Positions 23,578-37,589 of a DNA stretch of 64,000 bases are shown here, piece after piece. The DNA is from Squalus acanthias (taxonomy: Eukaryota), in the NCBI GenBank assembly GCA_030390025.1, contig CM059431.1, forward strand, positions 149,298,001 to 149,362,000, read 5' to 3'. The notes under the pieces were generated by a model. It was not told the DNA's origin. It ran no database searches and worked only from the letters and a program-made list of their open reading frames with translations. Numbering within the stretch: the first letter of the stretch is position 1; the number at the start of each line of letters is the position of its first letter. Both the position numbers and the translations under genes were made by a program.

Positions 23578-26500
23578 AGAGAGACTCTCTCCTTAAAATA
23601 GGTCCCTGAAGGGGATACACGCACTTTAAAAAGGGTCGCTGATGGTGCGACTCTCTGTTAAACTTGGGCCTCTGATGGTGAAAATCACTCTTTAAAAGGA
23701 CTCCCTGTTAGAAAGACTCCCTCTTTAAAAGGGATCCCTGATGGTGAGACTTCTTCTTTAAAAGTGATCCCTAATGGGGATATTCTCACTTTGAAAGATG
23801 GCCCTGGTGGTGAGACTCGCTCTTTAAGAGGTGTCCCTGATGTTGAGACGCTCTCTTTAAAAATGATCCCTGATGATAAGACTCCCTCTTTAAAACTGGT
23901 CCCGGATGGTAAACCTCTATTTAAATGGACACCCTAATAGAATGACTCCCTCTTTAAAAGCTCTCTGATAAAGAGACTCCCTCTTTAAAAGTTGACGCTG
24001 ATTTTGAGACTCCCTCTTTAAAAGCGTTCCATATGTTGAAACTCAATCTTTAACAGGTGTATACTGATGGTTAGACTCAAATTAAAAGGGATCGCTGATA
24101 GAAAGACTCCCTCTTTAAAAGGGCTCCCTGAAGGTGAGTCTCCCTCTTTAAAAGGGGTCCCTGATGGGGAGACACCCTCTTTAAAAGGTTTCCCTGATAG
24201 AAAGACTTCCTGTTTAAAAGGGTGTCTGACGGTGAGACTTCATCTTTAAAAGGGTTCCATGATGGTGAGACTGTATCTTTAAAAGTTGTCTCTGAAGGCG
24301 AGACTGTCTCTTCCAAAGGGTTCCCTGATGGTGAGCCTCTTTAAAAGGGGTCCCCAATGGGGAGATTCTCTTTTTAAAAGGCGTCCCTGATGGTGAGACG
24401 CCCTCATTAAAAGGGATCCCTGATGATGAGACTCCCTCTGTAAAAGGGGTTCCTGATGGAGAGGCTCCCTCTTCAAAAGGGGTCCCTATTGGGGAGACTC
24501 CCTCTTAAAATTGGGTCCTGATGGGGAGACACCCTCTTCAAAAGGGGTCCCTGTTGATACACACCCTCTTTGAAAGGAGTCCGTGATGGAGAGACTCTTT
24601 CTTTAATAGGGGTCCCTGATGGAGAAACATCATCTTTAAAAGGGATCTCTGATGGTGAGACTCACTCTTTAAAACGGCGTCCCAGATGGCAAGACTTACA
24701 TTAAAATGGCTCGCTGATAGAAAGACTCCCTCTTTAAAAGTGCTCCCTGATGTTGAGACTCCCTCTTAAATAGTAGTCCCTGATGCTGAAGCACCCGCAT
24801 CAAAATGGGTCCCTGATGGTGAGAGTGCCTCTTTAAAAGATGTCCTTATAGGGGGGAATCTCTCCTTAAAAGGATTTGCTAAAAGAAAGACGCCCTCTTT
24901 AAAAGGAGTCCCTGATAGATAGACTTTCTCTTTAAAATGCGTCCCCGAGGGTGAGACACCCTCTATAAAATGGATCCCTGATAGAAAGACTCCATCTTTA
25001 AATGGGGTACCTGATGCTATGACACCGTCTTGATAAGGGTACCTGATATTGAGAATCCCTCTTTAAAATGGGTCCCCGGTAGAGAGACTCTCTCACTAAT
25101 AGTGATCCCTGATACACGCTCATTAAATGTGGACCCTAATGGTGAGATTATCTCTTTAAATGGGCTCTGATGGTGAGACGTCCTCTTTAAAAGGAACTCA
25201 TTATGGTGAGACTCCCGCTTTAAAAGGGGCCCCTGATGGTGAGACTCTCTTTAAAAGGGGTCCCTGTTGGGGAGACACCCTCTTAAAAAGTGGGCCCTGA
25301 TGTTTAGACTCCCTCTTTACAAGGAGCCCCTGAAGAAGACACCCTCTTTAAAAGGGGTCACTGATGCTAATACTCACTTTAAAATGGCTCCCTGACAGAA
25401 AGACTCTCTCTTTAAAATGGACACTGATGGTGAAATTCTCTCTTTAAAAGGGATCCCTGATGGTGTGACTCCCTCTTTAATAGGAGTCCCAGATGTTGAG
25501 ACTCCCACTTTAAATGTGGTCACTGATGGTGAGATTCCCTCTTTAATCGGAATACCTGATGCTGAAACATCCACTTCAAAAGTGGTCCCTGATTGTGAGT
25601 CTGCCACTTTAAAAGTGTCCCTAATGGGGAGACTCTCACTTTATGGTGTCCCTGATAGAAAGACGCCCTCTTTAAAAGGGGTCATTGATAGAAAGACTCT
25701 CCCTTTAAAAGAGGTCCATGATGGTGAGACTCCCTCTTCAAAAGGGGTCCTTGAGAGAAAGTCTCTCTCTTTAAAAGGGTCCCTGATGGTGAGACTCCCT
25801 CTTTAAAAGAGGTCCCTAAAGGTGAAAAATTATCTTTAAAAGCGCTCCTTGATGTTGAGCTTCCACTTTAAAAGTGTCCCTAATGGGGCGACTCTCTTTA
25901 TGGGGTCTCTGATAGAAAAACGCCCTCTTTAAAAGGTGTCTCTGATATAAAGACTCTCTCTTTAAAATGAGTCCCCTAATGGTGAGACACCCTCTTCAAA
26001 AGGGGGCCTTGTGTTTGAGACTTTCTCTTTAAAAGGGATCGCTGATGGTAAGAATTTCGTTAAAAGGGCTCCCTGATAGAAAGACTCCCTCTCTTTAAAA
26101 GGGAACCTTGATGGTGAGACTCCCTCTTTAAAAGGAATCCCCGATGGTAAGACTCTCTCTTTAAAACGGGTCCTCATCTTAAGCCTCCCCCTTTAAAAAG
26201 TGTCACTGATGATGAGACTATCTTTAAAATGTGATACACCCTCTTTAACAGGGGTCCCTGATAGAAAGACGTCCTCTTTAAAAGGGGTACCTGATAGGAA
26301 GACTCTCTCTTTAAAATGGATCCCCGAGCGTGAAACTCCTTCTTAAAAAGGGTCCCTGACAGAAAACTGTTTTTAAATAGGGTCCCTGTTGGAGGGACTC
26401 CCTCTTTAAAATGGGTCCCTGATGCTGAAACACCCACCTTAAAAGGGGTCACTGATGTTGAGACTCTCTCTTTAAAAGTGGTCCCTGATGTTGAGACTGT

Positions 26501-27320
26501 CTCTTTAAATTGCTCCCTGATGGTGAGACTCCCTCTTTAATTGGAGTCCCTGATGCTGAAACACCCTCTTTAAAGGGGGCCTGATGGTGAGCCTCTTTAA
26601 AAGGGTTCCCTAATGGGGATACCCTCTCTTTAAAAGGGGTCCCTGATAGAAAGACTCTCTCTTTAAGAGGAGTCCCCGAGGGTGAGTCTCCCTCCTTAAA
26701 AGGGGTCCCTGATAGACTCTCTCTTTAAAAGTGGTCACTGATAGTGAGACTCCCTCTTTAATAGGGTTCCCTGATGGGAAGATTCCCTCTTTAAAAGGGT
26801 TCCCTGATGGTGAGACTCCCTTTAATAGGGGACCCTGATGGTGAGACACCCTGTTTAAAAGATTTCCCTGATGGTGAGACTCTTTCTTTAAAAGGGGTCC
26901 CTGATGGGTATACTCCCTCATTAAAAGGGGCCCCTGATGGTGAGACGCTCTCTTTAAAAGGGTCGCTGATGCTGAAACAGCCTCTTTCAAAGGGCTTCCT
27001 GATAGTGAGACTCCCTCTTTAAAAGTGGTCCTTGATGGCGAGACTCTCTCTTTAAAAGGGGTCCCTGACAGGATGACACCCTCTTTAAAATTGGTCCCTG
27101 ATGGTGAGATCATCATTAAAACGGGTACCTGATGGTGAGACTCCCTGTTTAAATGGGATCCTTGATGGTGAGACACTCTCTTAAAAAGGGGTCCCTGATG
27201 GTGAGACTCTCTCTTTAAAAGGTGTCCCTGATGGTGAGGCAATCTCTTTAAATGGGTCCCTGATGGTGAGACTCACTCTTTAAAAGGGGTCCCTGAGGGA
27301 GAGACTATCTCTTTAAAATA
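23578..27320. repeat. 33-bp tandem satellite, block 3
   Basis: Same unit, more degenerate. Confidence 0.96.
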
Positions 27321-27322
27321 TT

Positions 27323-30300
27323 GTCATAGAGTTATACAGCCAAGAAGAGGCCCTTCGGCCCATCATTTCTGCGCCGGCCTTCAAGCCCTATCAACTCTAA
27401 TCCCATTTTCCAGAATATGGTCCGTAGACATGTATGCTATGTCGTTTCAAGTGCTCGTCGAAATGGTTCATGAATGTTGTGACAGTTCCTACATTTACCA
27501 AACTTTCAGGCAGTGAGTTCCAGATTCCAACCGCTCTCTGAGGTGATTTTTTTTCCCCTCATATGCGCTCTGCACCTCCTGCCACTTAAATTGAAACTAT
27601 TCCCCTTGGTTATTGAACCCTCTACTAAGGGGAAAATATCCTTTCTATCTACCCTATCTGTGCCCCTCATATTTTTGTACACCTCAATCAGGTCCACCCT
27701 CAGCCACCTGTGTTCTAAGGAAAACAACCCCAGCCTGTCCAGTCTCTCTTCATAGCTGAAGCACTCATGCCCAGGTAACATCCTGGTGATCTCCTCTGCA
27801 CCCTCTCCAATGCAATCACATCCTTCCTATAGTGTGTCGACCATAACGGCACACAGTATTCCAGCTGTGGCCTAACTTGCATTATGTACAGCTCCATCAT
27901 AACCTCCCTGCTCGTTTATTCTATGCCTCGGCTAATGAATGCAAGTATTCCATATGCCTTCTTAACCACTTATCTACCTGTCCTGCTGCCTACACAGATC
28001 TATGTACATGCAAACCAAGTTTTTTCTGATCCTCTGTCCTACCTAGGGCATTACCATTCATTGTGTATTCCCTTGCCTAGTTCGTCCTCCCAAAATGCAT
28101 CACCTCACACTTTGCAGTGTTAAATTTCATTTGCCAATGTTCTGCCCATCTGACCAAACAGTCAATATCGTCCTGTAGCCTGAGGCTTCCCTCCTCGCTA
28201 TTTACCACTCCACCAATTTTCGTGCCATCAGTGGACTTACTGATCATGCCTTCTGCATCCTAATCTAAATCATTAATGTATACTACAAACAGCAAGTGAC
28301 CCAGCACCGATGCCTGCGGTACACCACTGGACACAGGCATCCAGTCACAAAAACAGCCTTCGACCATCATCCGCTGCCTCCTGCCACTAAGCCACTTTTA
28401 GATCCAATGTGCCAAATTGCCCTGGATCCCATGGTCTCTTACCTCCTTGATCAGTCTCCCATGCGTGACATTGTCAAAAGCCTTACTGAAGTCCATGTCG
28501 ATCACATCAACTACTCTACCCACATCCGCACATCTAGTCATCCCCTCGAAAAATTCAATCAAATTGGTAAGACATGATCTCCCCCTGACAAATCCATGCT
28601 GACTATCCTTGATGAATCCTTTCCTCTCCAAGTGGAGACTAATTCGGTCCCTCAGAATTTTTTCCAATAATTTCCCTACCACTGATGTTAGGCTCATTGG
28701 CCTGTAATTCCCTGTATTATCCCTACTACCCTTCTTGAATAATGGTACTACGGTAGCTGTTCTCCAGTCCTCTGGCACCTCCCCTGTGGACAGAGAGGTT
28801 CTGAAAATTTGTGTCAGAGCCCCTGCAATCTCCTCCCTTGCCTCACACAGCAGCGTGGGCTACCTCTCGTCTGGGCCTCGGGATTTATACACTTTTAAGC
28901 CCGCAAAAACCGGTAGCACCTCCTCCATCTCAATACTAAATTGTTCAAGTATATCACAATACCCCTGCTTGATTTCTATGCCTACATCGTCGTTCTCCAT
29001 TGTGAACACTGATGCAAAATATTCATTTAAAACCTGACCTACATCTTCCGGCTCTTCACACAGATTGGCACTTTGTTCCCTAATGGGCCGTACTCTTACC
29101 CTGGTTATCCTCTTTCCCTTAATATACTTATAAAACACCTTGGGATTTTTCTTTATTTTGCCTGCCAGTGTTTTTTCATGCCCCCTCTTCGCTCTCCTAA
29201 TTTCCTTTTTAGGTACCCGCCTGCACTTTCTGCACTCCTCTAGGCCTTCACTGTTTTTAGTCCTTTGTGTCTGCTGAAATCCTCTTTTTTTCTCCTAATC
29301 CATTCTTGTATATCCCTTGACATCCAGGGTTCCCTGGGCTTGTTGGTCCCACCCTTGACCTATACTGGAACATGTTGGCGTTGCACTCTCTCTATTTCCT
29401 TTCAGAAAGACTCCCACTGCTCTGATGTGGATTTTCCTACAAGTAGCTGTCCCCAGTCCATTTGCCCAGATCCTGCCTTTTCATATTAAAATCGGCCTTC
29501 CCCCAATTTAGAACCTTTATTTCCGGTCCATCTTTGTCCTTTTCCATAACTACCTTTAATCTCACCGAATTATGATCACTGTCACCATAATGCTCGCCTA
29601 ATGTCACTTCTACCACTTGCCTGGCTACATTCCATGGAATTAGGTCCAGTAACGCCCCCTCTCTTGTAGGATTTTCTACATGCTGGCTCAAAAAGCTTCC
29701 TGGATGAACTTTAAGCATTCCACACCCTCTAACCTTTCACACTCTGACTATCCTAGTTAATATTGGGGAAGTTGAAATCCCCTACTATTATTAACCTATT
29801 ATTTCTGCACATCTCTGAGATTTGCCGACATGTCTGTTCCTATATCTCCCCCTGACTGTTTGGGTGCCTATAGTACACTCCCAGCAAAGCGCTTGCACCC
29901 TTTTTGTTTTTAAGTTCTACCCATATGGCCTCATTAGAGGAACCTGCTAAGATATCATCCCTCCTTACAGCAGTAATTGACTCCTTGATTAATATTGCGA
30001 CACCACCTAATATTTTACACGCCCCTCTGTCTCGCCTTAAGTTTTTATACACTGGAATATTGAGCTGCCAGTTCTGCCCCTCCCTGAACCATGTCTCTGT
30101 GGTAGCAACAATATCATAGTCCCATGTGTTCATCAACACCTTCAATTCATCTGCCTTACTCGCAAGACAACTTGCATTAAAATAAATGCCATCCAGCATT
30201 GCCATACTCCCTTGTGCCGTTACATATTTGCTCTGCCTTCCAGGCTGATTGATTTTTCCTCTATATTTGGCTGTGCATCACCCCCTACTATAGCTCCACT

Positions 30301-30595
30301 CCGTATCCCATCCCCCTGCCAAGTTAGTTTAACCCCCCACCCACCACCCCCGCCACCCGCCAACTGTACTAGCAAACCACCCCGCAAGGATATTGGTCCC
30401 ATTCCGGTTCTGGTGCCATCCGTCCGACTTGTACATGTCACAACTTCCCCAGAAGCTGACCAGTGATCCAGGAAACTAAAGCCCTCCCTCCTGCAGCAAC
30501 TCTTTAGCCACGCATTCATCTATTCTATCATCCTATTCCTATGCTCATTAGCACGTGGCACCGGGATAATCCAGAGATTACAACCCTTGAGTTCC
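27323..30595 (-). mobile_element. CR1 LINE: end of ORF1 (esterase/SGNH-like), decayed ORF2 and 3' tail
   Basis: ORF1-like MNAWLKSCCRREGFSFLDHW (30220..30519); EN YFNA..DIVATTETW..GVYYRHPNS; RT YRPMSLTS..MDFSKAFD; tail is the reverse complement of GTCATAGAGTTATACAGC. Confidence 0.92.
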
Positions 30596-32302
30596 TGATA
30601 TATCGCACACACCTCACTGTAACACAATGATATACCCTGCACCACTCACTGTAACACTCTGTTATACCACACATCCATCACTGTAACTCTGTGATATACA
30701 CCACAGCCCCGAAGCACTCTTACATATCCCACACCCCTCACTGCAACTCTCTGATACACTACTCACCCAACACTGCAACACTCTGAATTCCCGCACAAAA
30801 CTCACTGTTAGACTCTGATTTACCCCACACCCCTCACTTTAACACTCTGTTATACCCCACACATCTCACTGTAGCACTCAATTTTTTCCCACAACCAATC
30901 TCTGTAACATTGATATACCTCACACCACTCACTGTAACACCCTATAATATACTCTACATCCTCACTGAAAAACACTCTGATATTCTCCACACCCCACACT
31001 GTAAGACTCTGAAGTACCCCACAATCCTCAGTGTAAAACTCCGAGATACCCCACAGCGCTCATTATAACACAATGCTATTCCCCACAGTCTTCTCTGCAA
31101 CAATCTGATGTACCCCACAACGCAGTAACCGTCTGATATATTCCACACCACTCAATGTAACGCTCTCTGATATACCCCACACCCGTCATGGTAACACTCT
31201 GATATTCCCCACACCGCTCACTGTAACACTATGAAATACTCCACACTTTAAGACGCTGATATAAACCACAAACCTCACTGTAACACACTGATAAACGCTA
31301 CACCACTCAATGTAATCCTCTGATATGTCACACATCCATAACTGTAACACTGTGACATACACCACACTCCCGACGCACTCTTACATATCCCACACCCCTC
31401 ACAGCAACACTCTGATGCAGGGCTCACCCAACACTGTAGCACTCTGATGTCCCGAAGAAACCTCACGATAACACAGTGGTATACCGCACACCACTCATTG
31501 TAAAACACTGATATTTCCCACACACCTCACTAGTAAAATTCTGATTTACCCCACACACCTCAATGTAACACTCTGATTTACCCCAGTTCCCTCACTGTTA
31601 CACTCTAATATATCCCACACCTCTCACAATAACACACTACTATTCCACACACTCTTCACAATAAAACGCCGATATACCACACACCGCTAAATGTAACACT
31701 CTGGTATGCACCAAACCTTTCAGTGCAATCCCCTGATATACCCCATACCCTCGTAAATCTCTTATATAGATCTCAGCACAAGCTGTAACACTCTAATATA
31801 CCCTACACCCTCACTGTAACACACTGATAAACACCACACGACACACTGTAACACAGTGATATACCCCCAACCCTCACTGTAACACTCTGATATACGCCAC
31901 ACACCTCACTGTAACACTCTGATATACCTCACACCACTCACTGTAACACACTGATATACTCCACACCCCTCACTGTAGCACACTGATATACTCCACACCT
32001 CTTACTGTAACACAATGATATATCCACACACCACTCACTGTAACACTCTGATATGCACACACCCATCACTGTAACACTCTGTTATACCCCAAACCCCTCA
32101 CTGTAACACAATGATATAAACCACACCCCTCATAGTAACTCTCTGATACACGCCACACCCCTCACTGCAACACTCTGATATCCTCCACACCATTCACTGT
32201 GACACTCTGATATAGACCACACCACTCACTGTAACACACTGATATACACCACACCACTCACTGTAACACACTGATATACACCGCAACCCCGAAGCAATCT
32301 TA

Positions 32303-33374
32303 CGACTGTAAAGGGCGTTGGTGAGACCACACCTGGAATACTGCGTCCAGATTTGGTCTCCTTTTTTAATGACGGATATACTTACATTGGAGACATTTCA
32401 GAGAAGGTTCACGAGGTTGATTCCGAAGATGACGTGGTTATCTTATGAAGAAAGGTTGATCAGGTTGTGGCTATACTCATTGTACTTTAGACGAATGACA
32501 GGTTATCTTATTGAAATATATAAGATTCTAAATGAGTTGGACAGCGTAAATGCATAGAGGATGTTTCCTTTCGTGGGGGAATCCAGAACATGGTGGCATA
32601 ACCCTTTGATATACCCTACACCCCGCACTATAATACTCTGATATACCCCACACCGCTCACTGTAACACTCTGATATACACCACACCCCGCACTGTAACAG
32701 TCATATATACCACACAGCCCTCACTGCAACCCTCTGATATACCATACACCCCTCACTGTAACACTTTGATATACCCTTAACCACTCACTGTAACATGTCT
32801 GATATACACCACATCCCTCATTGTAAAACTATTATATATCCACCAGCCCTCACTGTAACACGATGATATAGACCACACCCCTCACTGTAACACTCTGCTT
32901 TACCCCACACCCCTCACTGTAACACTCTGATACAAGCCACACCGGAAGCAATATTATGTATTCCACACCCCTCACTGCTACACTGATACACTACACACCC
33001 AACACTGTTACTATCTGATATCCCCCACTACCCTCATTGTAACACTCTGATTTACGCCACACCACTCACTGCAACACTGATATACCCCACAGGGTACCCT
33101 TTTAAATTGGAAATGAGGGGCAATTTCTTCACTCAGAGGCTCGTGAATATTTTGAAGTCACTTCCCCAGAGAGCTGTGAATGCTGTGTCAATGGATATAC
33201 TTCAGGTGGATTTAGACAGATTTTTAAACGATAAGGGAGGCATGGGTTATGGGGAGCGGGCAGAGATGTGGTGTTGAGGCAAAGATCAGATCAGCCATGA
33301 TCTTATTGAAAGGCGGAGCAGGCACGAGGGGCCAAATGATCTACTTCTTGTCCTACGTGTGATGTCTTTTGTCC
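32303..33374 (+). mobile_element. CR1 3' fragment split in two (32303-32603 and 33091-33374) by satellite
   Basis: The first piece (LVRPHLEYCVQ..) ends at SRTWWHN; the second resumes at PFKLEMRGNFFTQR and carries the CR1 tail. Confidence 0.85.
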
Positions 33375-34098
33375 TATATACACCATACTCCTCACTGTAA
33401 AACACTCGTATTCCGCACACTCTTCATGTAAAGCTTTGATATACTCTACACCACTCACTATAATATTCTGGTATACCACGCAACACTGACTGTAACACTC
33501 TGATACATATCACACTCTGGGCTGTTACTCCCCACACCACACACTTTAGTACTGATATACCTCGCACCACTCACTGTAAAACACTCTGATATACTGCACC
33601 CCACTCACTGTAACACACATTGATATACTCCTTAACCCACACTGAAGCACTCTGAAACACCCACATTCCTCACTTTAACACTCTGAAATACCGCACACTC
33701 CTCACGGTAAAAGTCTGATATCCCCCACACCGCTCACTGTAACACTCTAATATACCCCACAGCCCACACTGTAACACTCTGGTTTACCCCACACCGCTCA
33801 CTGTAAAACTCTGATATATCCCACACCCTTCATTGCAAAAGTCTGATTTACCACACATCCCTCAATGTAACAGTCTGATATACCCCACACCCCTCACTGT
33901 AACAGTCTGATATAATAGCATTCCTCACTGTAATACACTCTGATATATCTCACAGCCCTCACGGTAACACTCAGATATACCCTAAATCCCTCACTGTAAC
34001 ACTATGATATACTCCACACCACACACTGTAACACACTGATTTACCCAAGCCCCACCACTGTTACTGTCTGATTAACCCCACATCCCTCACAGTAACAC

Positions 34099-36395
34099 GA
34101 ATGGACTGGGATCAGCGAATTGTAGGAAAATCCACATCAGAGCAGTGGGATCCATTCAGAACGGAAATATAGAGAGTACAACGCCAAAATGTTCCCGTGA
34201 AGTTCAAGGGTGGGATCAACATGCGCAGGGATCCCTGGATGTCAAGGGAAAAACAAGAATGGATTGGGAGAAAAAGGGAGGCTTCTGGGCAGTTAGAAAG
34301 GACATAAAAAACAGTGGAAGCCCTAGAGGAGTATAGAATGTGCAGGTGGGAAACTGAAAAAGAAATTAGGAGAGCGAAGAGGGGGCATGAAAAAACACTG
34401 GCAGGCAAAATAAAGAAAAATCCCAAGGTGTTTTATAAGTATATTAAGGGCAAGAGCATAACCAGGGAAAGAGTAGGGCACATTGGGGACCAAAGTGGCA
34501 AGCTGTGTGTAGAGCTGGAAGATGTAGGTCAGGTTTTAAATGAATATTTTGCATCTGTGTTCACTATGGATATGGACGATGTAGGCATAGGTATCATGCA
34601 GGGGGATTGTGATATTGTTGAACAAATTAGTATTGAGAGGGATGAGATACAAGCGGTTTTAGCGGTCTTAAATGTGGCTAATTCCCCAGGCCCTGACGGA
34701 ATGTATCCCAGGCTGCTTTGTGAGGCAAGGGAGGAGATTGCAGGTGCTCTGACACAAATTTTCAGAACCTCTCTGGCCACAGGTGAGGTGCCAGAGAACT
34801 GGAGACCAGCTAACGTAGTACCATTTTTCAAGAAGTGTAGTAGGGACAAAGCAGGGAATTAGAGGACAGCGAGCCTAAAATCAGTGGTAGGCTCATTACT
34901 AGAACAAATTCATTCGGACAGAATTAGTCTCCACTTGGAGACGCAAGGAGTAATCAAGAATAGTCAGCATGGCTTTGTCAGGGGGAGATCATGTCTGGCC
35001 AATTTGATTGAATATTTCGAGGGGGTGACTAGGTGTGTGAATGAGGATAGTGCAGTTGATGTAGTCTACATGGACTTCAGTAAGGCTTTTGACAAAGTCC
35101 CACATGGGAGACTGGTCAAGAAGTTAAGTGTCCATACGATCCAGGGCAATTTGGCACATTGGATTCAAAATTGGCTTAGTGGAAGGAGGCAGATGGAATT
35201 GGTCGAAGATTGTTTTTGTGACTGGAAGCCTGTGTCCATTGGTGTACCGCAGGGATCGCAGGGTCCTTTGCTTTTTGTAGTGTACATTAATGATTTAGAT
35301 ATGAATGTAGGAGGTATGATCAGTAAGATCGTAGATGACACGAAAATTGGTGGAGTGGTAAATAGCGAGGAGGGAAGCCACAGGCTACAGTACGATATAG
35401 ACGAGATGATTAGATGGGCAGATCAGTGGCAAATGGAATTTATCCCTGAAAAGTATGTGGGGATGCATTTTGAGAGGACAAACAAGGCAAGGACATTCAC
35501 AATGAATGGTAGGATCCTAGGAACGACGGAGGATCACAGGGACCTTGGTGTGCATGAACATAGATCCCTGAAGGCAGTATAACAGTTTGATAAGCTGGTT
35601 AAAAAGGCATAATCGGTTACTTGCCTACATTACCAGAGGCATAGAATATAAGATTGAGAGGTCGCACAACACCAGGTTATAGTCCAACAGTTTTATTTGA
35701 AATCACAAGCTTTCGGAGCTATCGATTGCCCTCTCAATTTTGTCCACCCCAGTCCAACACCGGCATCTCCGCATCATAGAATATAAGAGCAGGGAGGTTA
35801 TGATGGAGCTGTAAAACACGCTAGTTAGGCCACAGCTGAAATACTGTGTGAAGTTCTGGTCACCACGCTATAGGACGGATGTGATTGCATTGGAGAGGGT
35901 GCAGAGGACATTCACCAGCATGTTACCTGGCCTGGAGCGCTTCAGCTATGAAGAGAGACTGGACAGGCTGGTGTTGTTTTCCTTGGAGCAGTGAACGCTG
36001 TGGGGGGACCTGATTGAGTTGTACAAAATTATGAGGGACATAGATAGGGTAGATAGAAAGGAACTTTTCCCCTGAGTACAGGGGTAAATAACCAGGGGGC
36101 ATAGTTTCAAGGTAAGGGGCAGGAGGTTTAGATGGGAATTGAGGAAAAAAAATTCACCCAGATGGTGGTTGGAATCTGGAACTCACTGCCTGAATTTGTG
36201 GTAGAGGCAGGAACCCTCACAACATTCAAGAAGCATTTAGATGAGCACTTGAAACGCCATAGCAACAAAGGCTACGGACCAAGTGCTGGAAAATGGTATC
36301 AGAATAGACAGGGCTTGATGGCCGGCGCGGACACGATGTGCCAAAGGGCCTCTTTCTGTGCTGTATAACTCTATGACTCAGTGACTCTATGACTA
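34099..36395 (+). mobile_element. CR1 LINE, 5'-truncated (same family as 27323-30595, opposite orientation)
   Basis: ORFs 34314..34862 and 34884..35582 (YMDFSKAFDKVPHG, GVPQGS, VDDTK); tail CTGTATAACTCTATGACT. Confidence 0.92.
35654..35774. mobile_element. ~120-bp Penelope-derived micro-insertion with a target-site duplication, inside the CR1
   Basis: CATAGAATATAAGA at 35640-35653 and 35775-35788. The insert is two family-B terminal pieces in opposite orientation. Confidence 0.8.
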
Positions 36396-37589
36396 TGATA
36401 TATGTCACACTCTGCGATGTTACTCTCCACACCACTCACTGTAATTCTGATATACCTCGCACCACTCACTCTAACACACTCTGATATAGTCCAGCCACTC
36501 ACTGTAACACACTCTGATATACTCCACACCCATCATGGTAAAACTCTGATATACCAAGCCAATCATTGTAACACTTTGATATCCGCCACAACCCTCACTG
36601 TAACACTGATTTACCCAAGCCCGTCACTGTAACACTCTGATACACCCCAAACCTCTCACTGTAACGCTCTGATATACCCCACGCACCTCACTGTAACACT
36701 GAGATATACCCCACACCCCTCACTGTAACACTCTGATACATGACATATTCTCGACGTTAGTACACCACACCAGTCACTATAGTACTGATATACCTCGCAC
36801 CACTCACTGTAACCCACTCTGATATACCCCACATCCCTGGCTGTAGCACTCTGATACATGCCTCACTCTGGACTGTTACACCCCACACCACTCACTGTAA
36901 GACTGATATACCTCACATCCCTCACTGTAGCACTCTGATACATGCCACACTCTGGACTGTTACTCCCCACGCCAGTCACTGTAGTACTGATATACCCCAC
37001 ACCCCTCACTGTAGCACTCTGATACATGCGACAAAATGGACTCTTACTCCTCACACCAGTTACTGTAATACTGATATACCCCAAATTACTCACGGTAATA
37101 CAGATATACATCGCACTATTCACTGCAATACTGATATACCTCGCACCACTCACTGTAATACTGATATACCCCACACTCACTCACTGTAGCACTCTGATAC
37201 ATGCCACACTCTGGACATTTTCTCCCCACACCACTCCCGGTAATACTGAATACAACACATCCCTCACTGTAACACGCTGATACATGCCACACTCTGGACT
37301 GTTACTCCCCACACCACACACAGTGATACTGATATATCTCGCACCACTCACTGTTGCCATTGCCACTTTAATTCCACGGGGTTCAATATTGGTAATATTT
37401 GATATTTTATCAAACACCTTTGAAAATAAAGGGAAAGTTTGAGTAATATCGATCATAAAACCATAGAATTGGTGCCCCAAGTTGTGTTGACAATTTGTTT
37501 AGCGATGCATGACACCCCGCTCTGACCACAGACATCGCCTGGTTTCAATCAGTAAATTTCAAAATCAGTGATTATATTGCCATTTTATT

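Larger units (their letters stand above)
30596..37355. repeat. ~32-bp tandem satellite (CTCACTGTAACACTCTGATATACCCCACACCC), interrupted by CR1 pieces
   Basis: Blocks at about 30596-32302, 32605-33090, 33375-34098 and 36396-37355. Confidence 0.95.

Noticed and set aside
10812..27242. ORFs with KGVPDGETPSL or HHQGPLLKRES repeats as a repetitive protein
   Set aside because: They result from a unit length divisible by 3; frequent indels and stops, and they occur on both strands.
10557..27320. CRISPR-like array (33-bp, partly palindromic repeats)
   Set aside because: Units are head-to-tail with no unique spacers, there are no cas genes, and the context is vertebrate.
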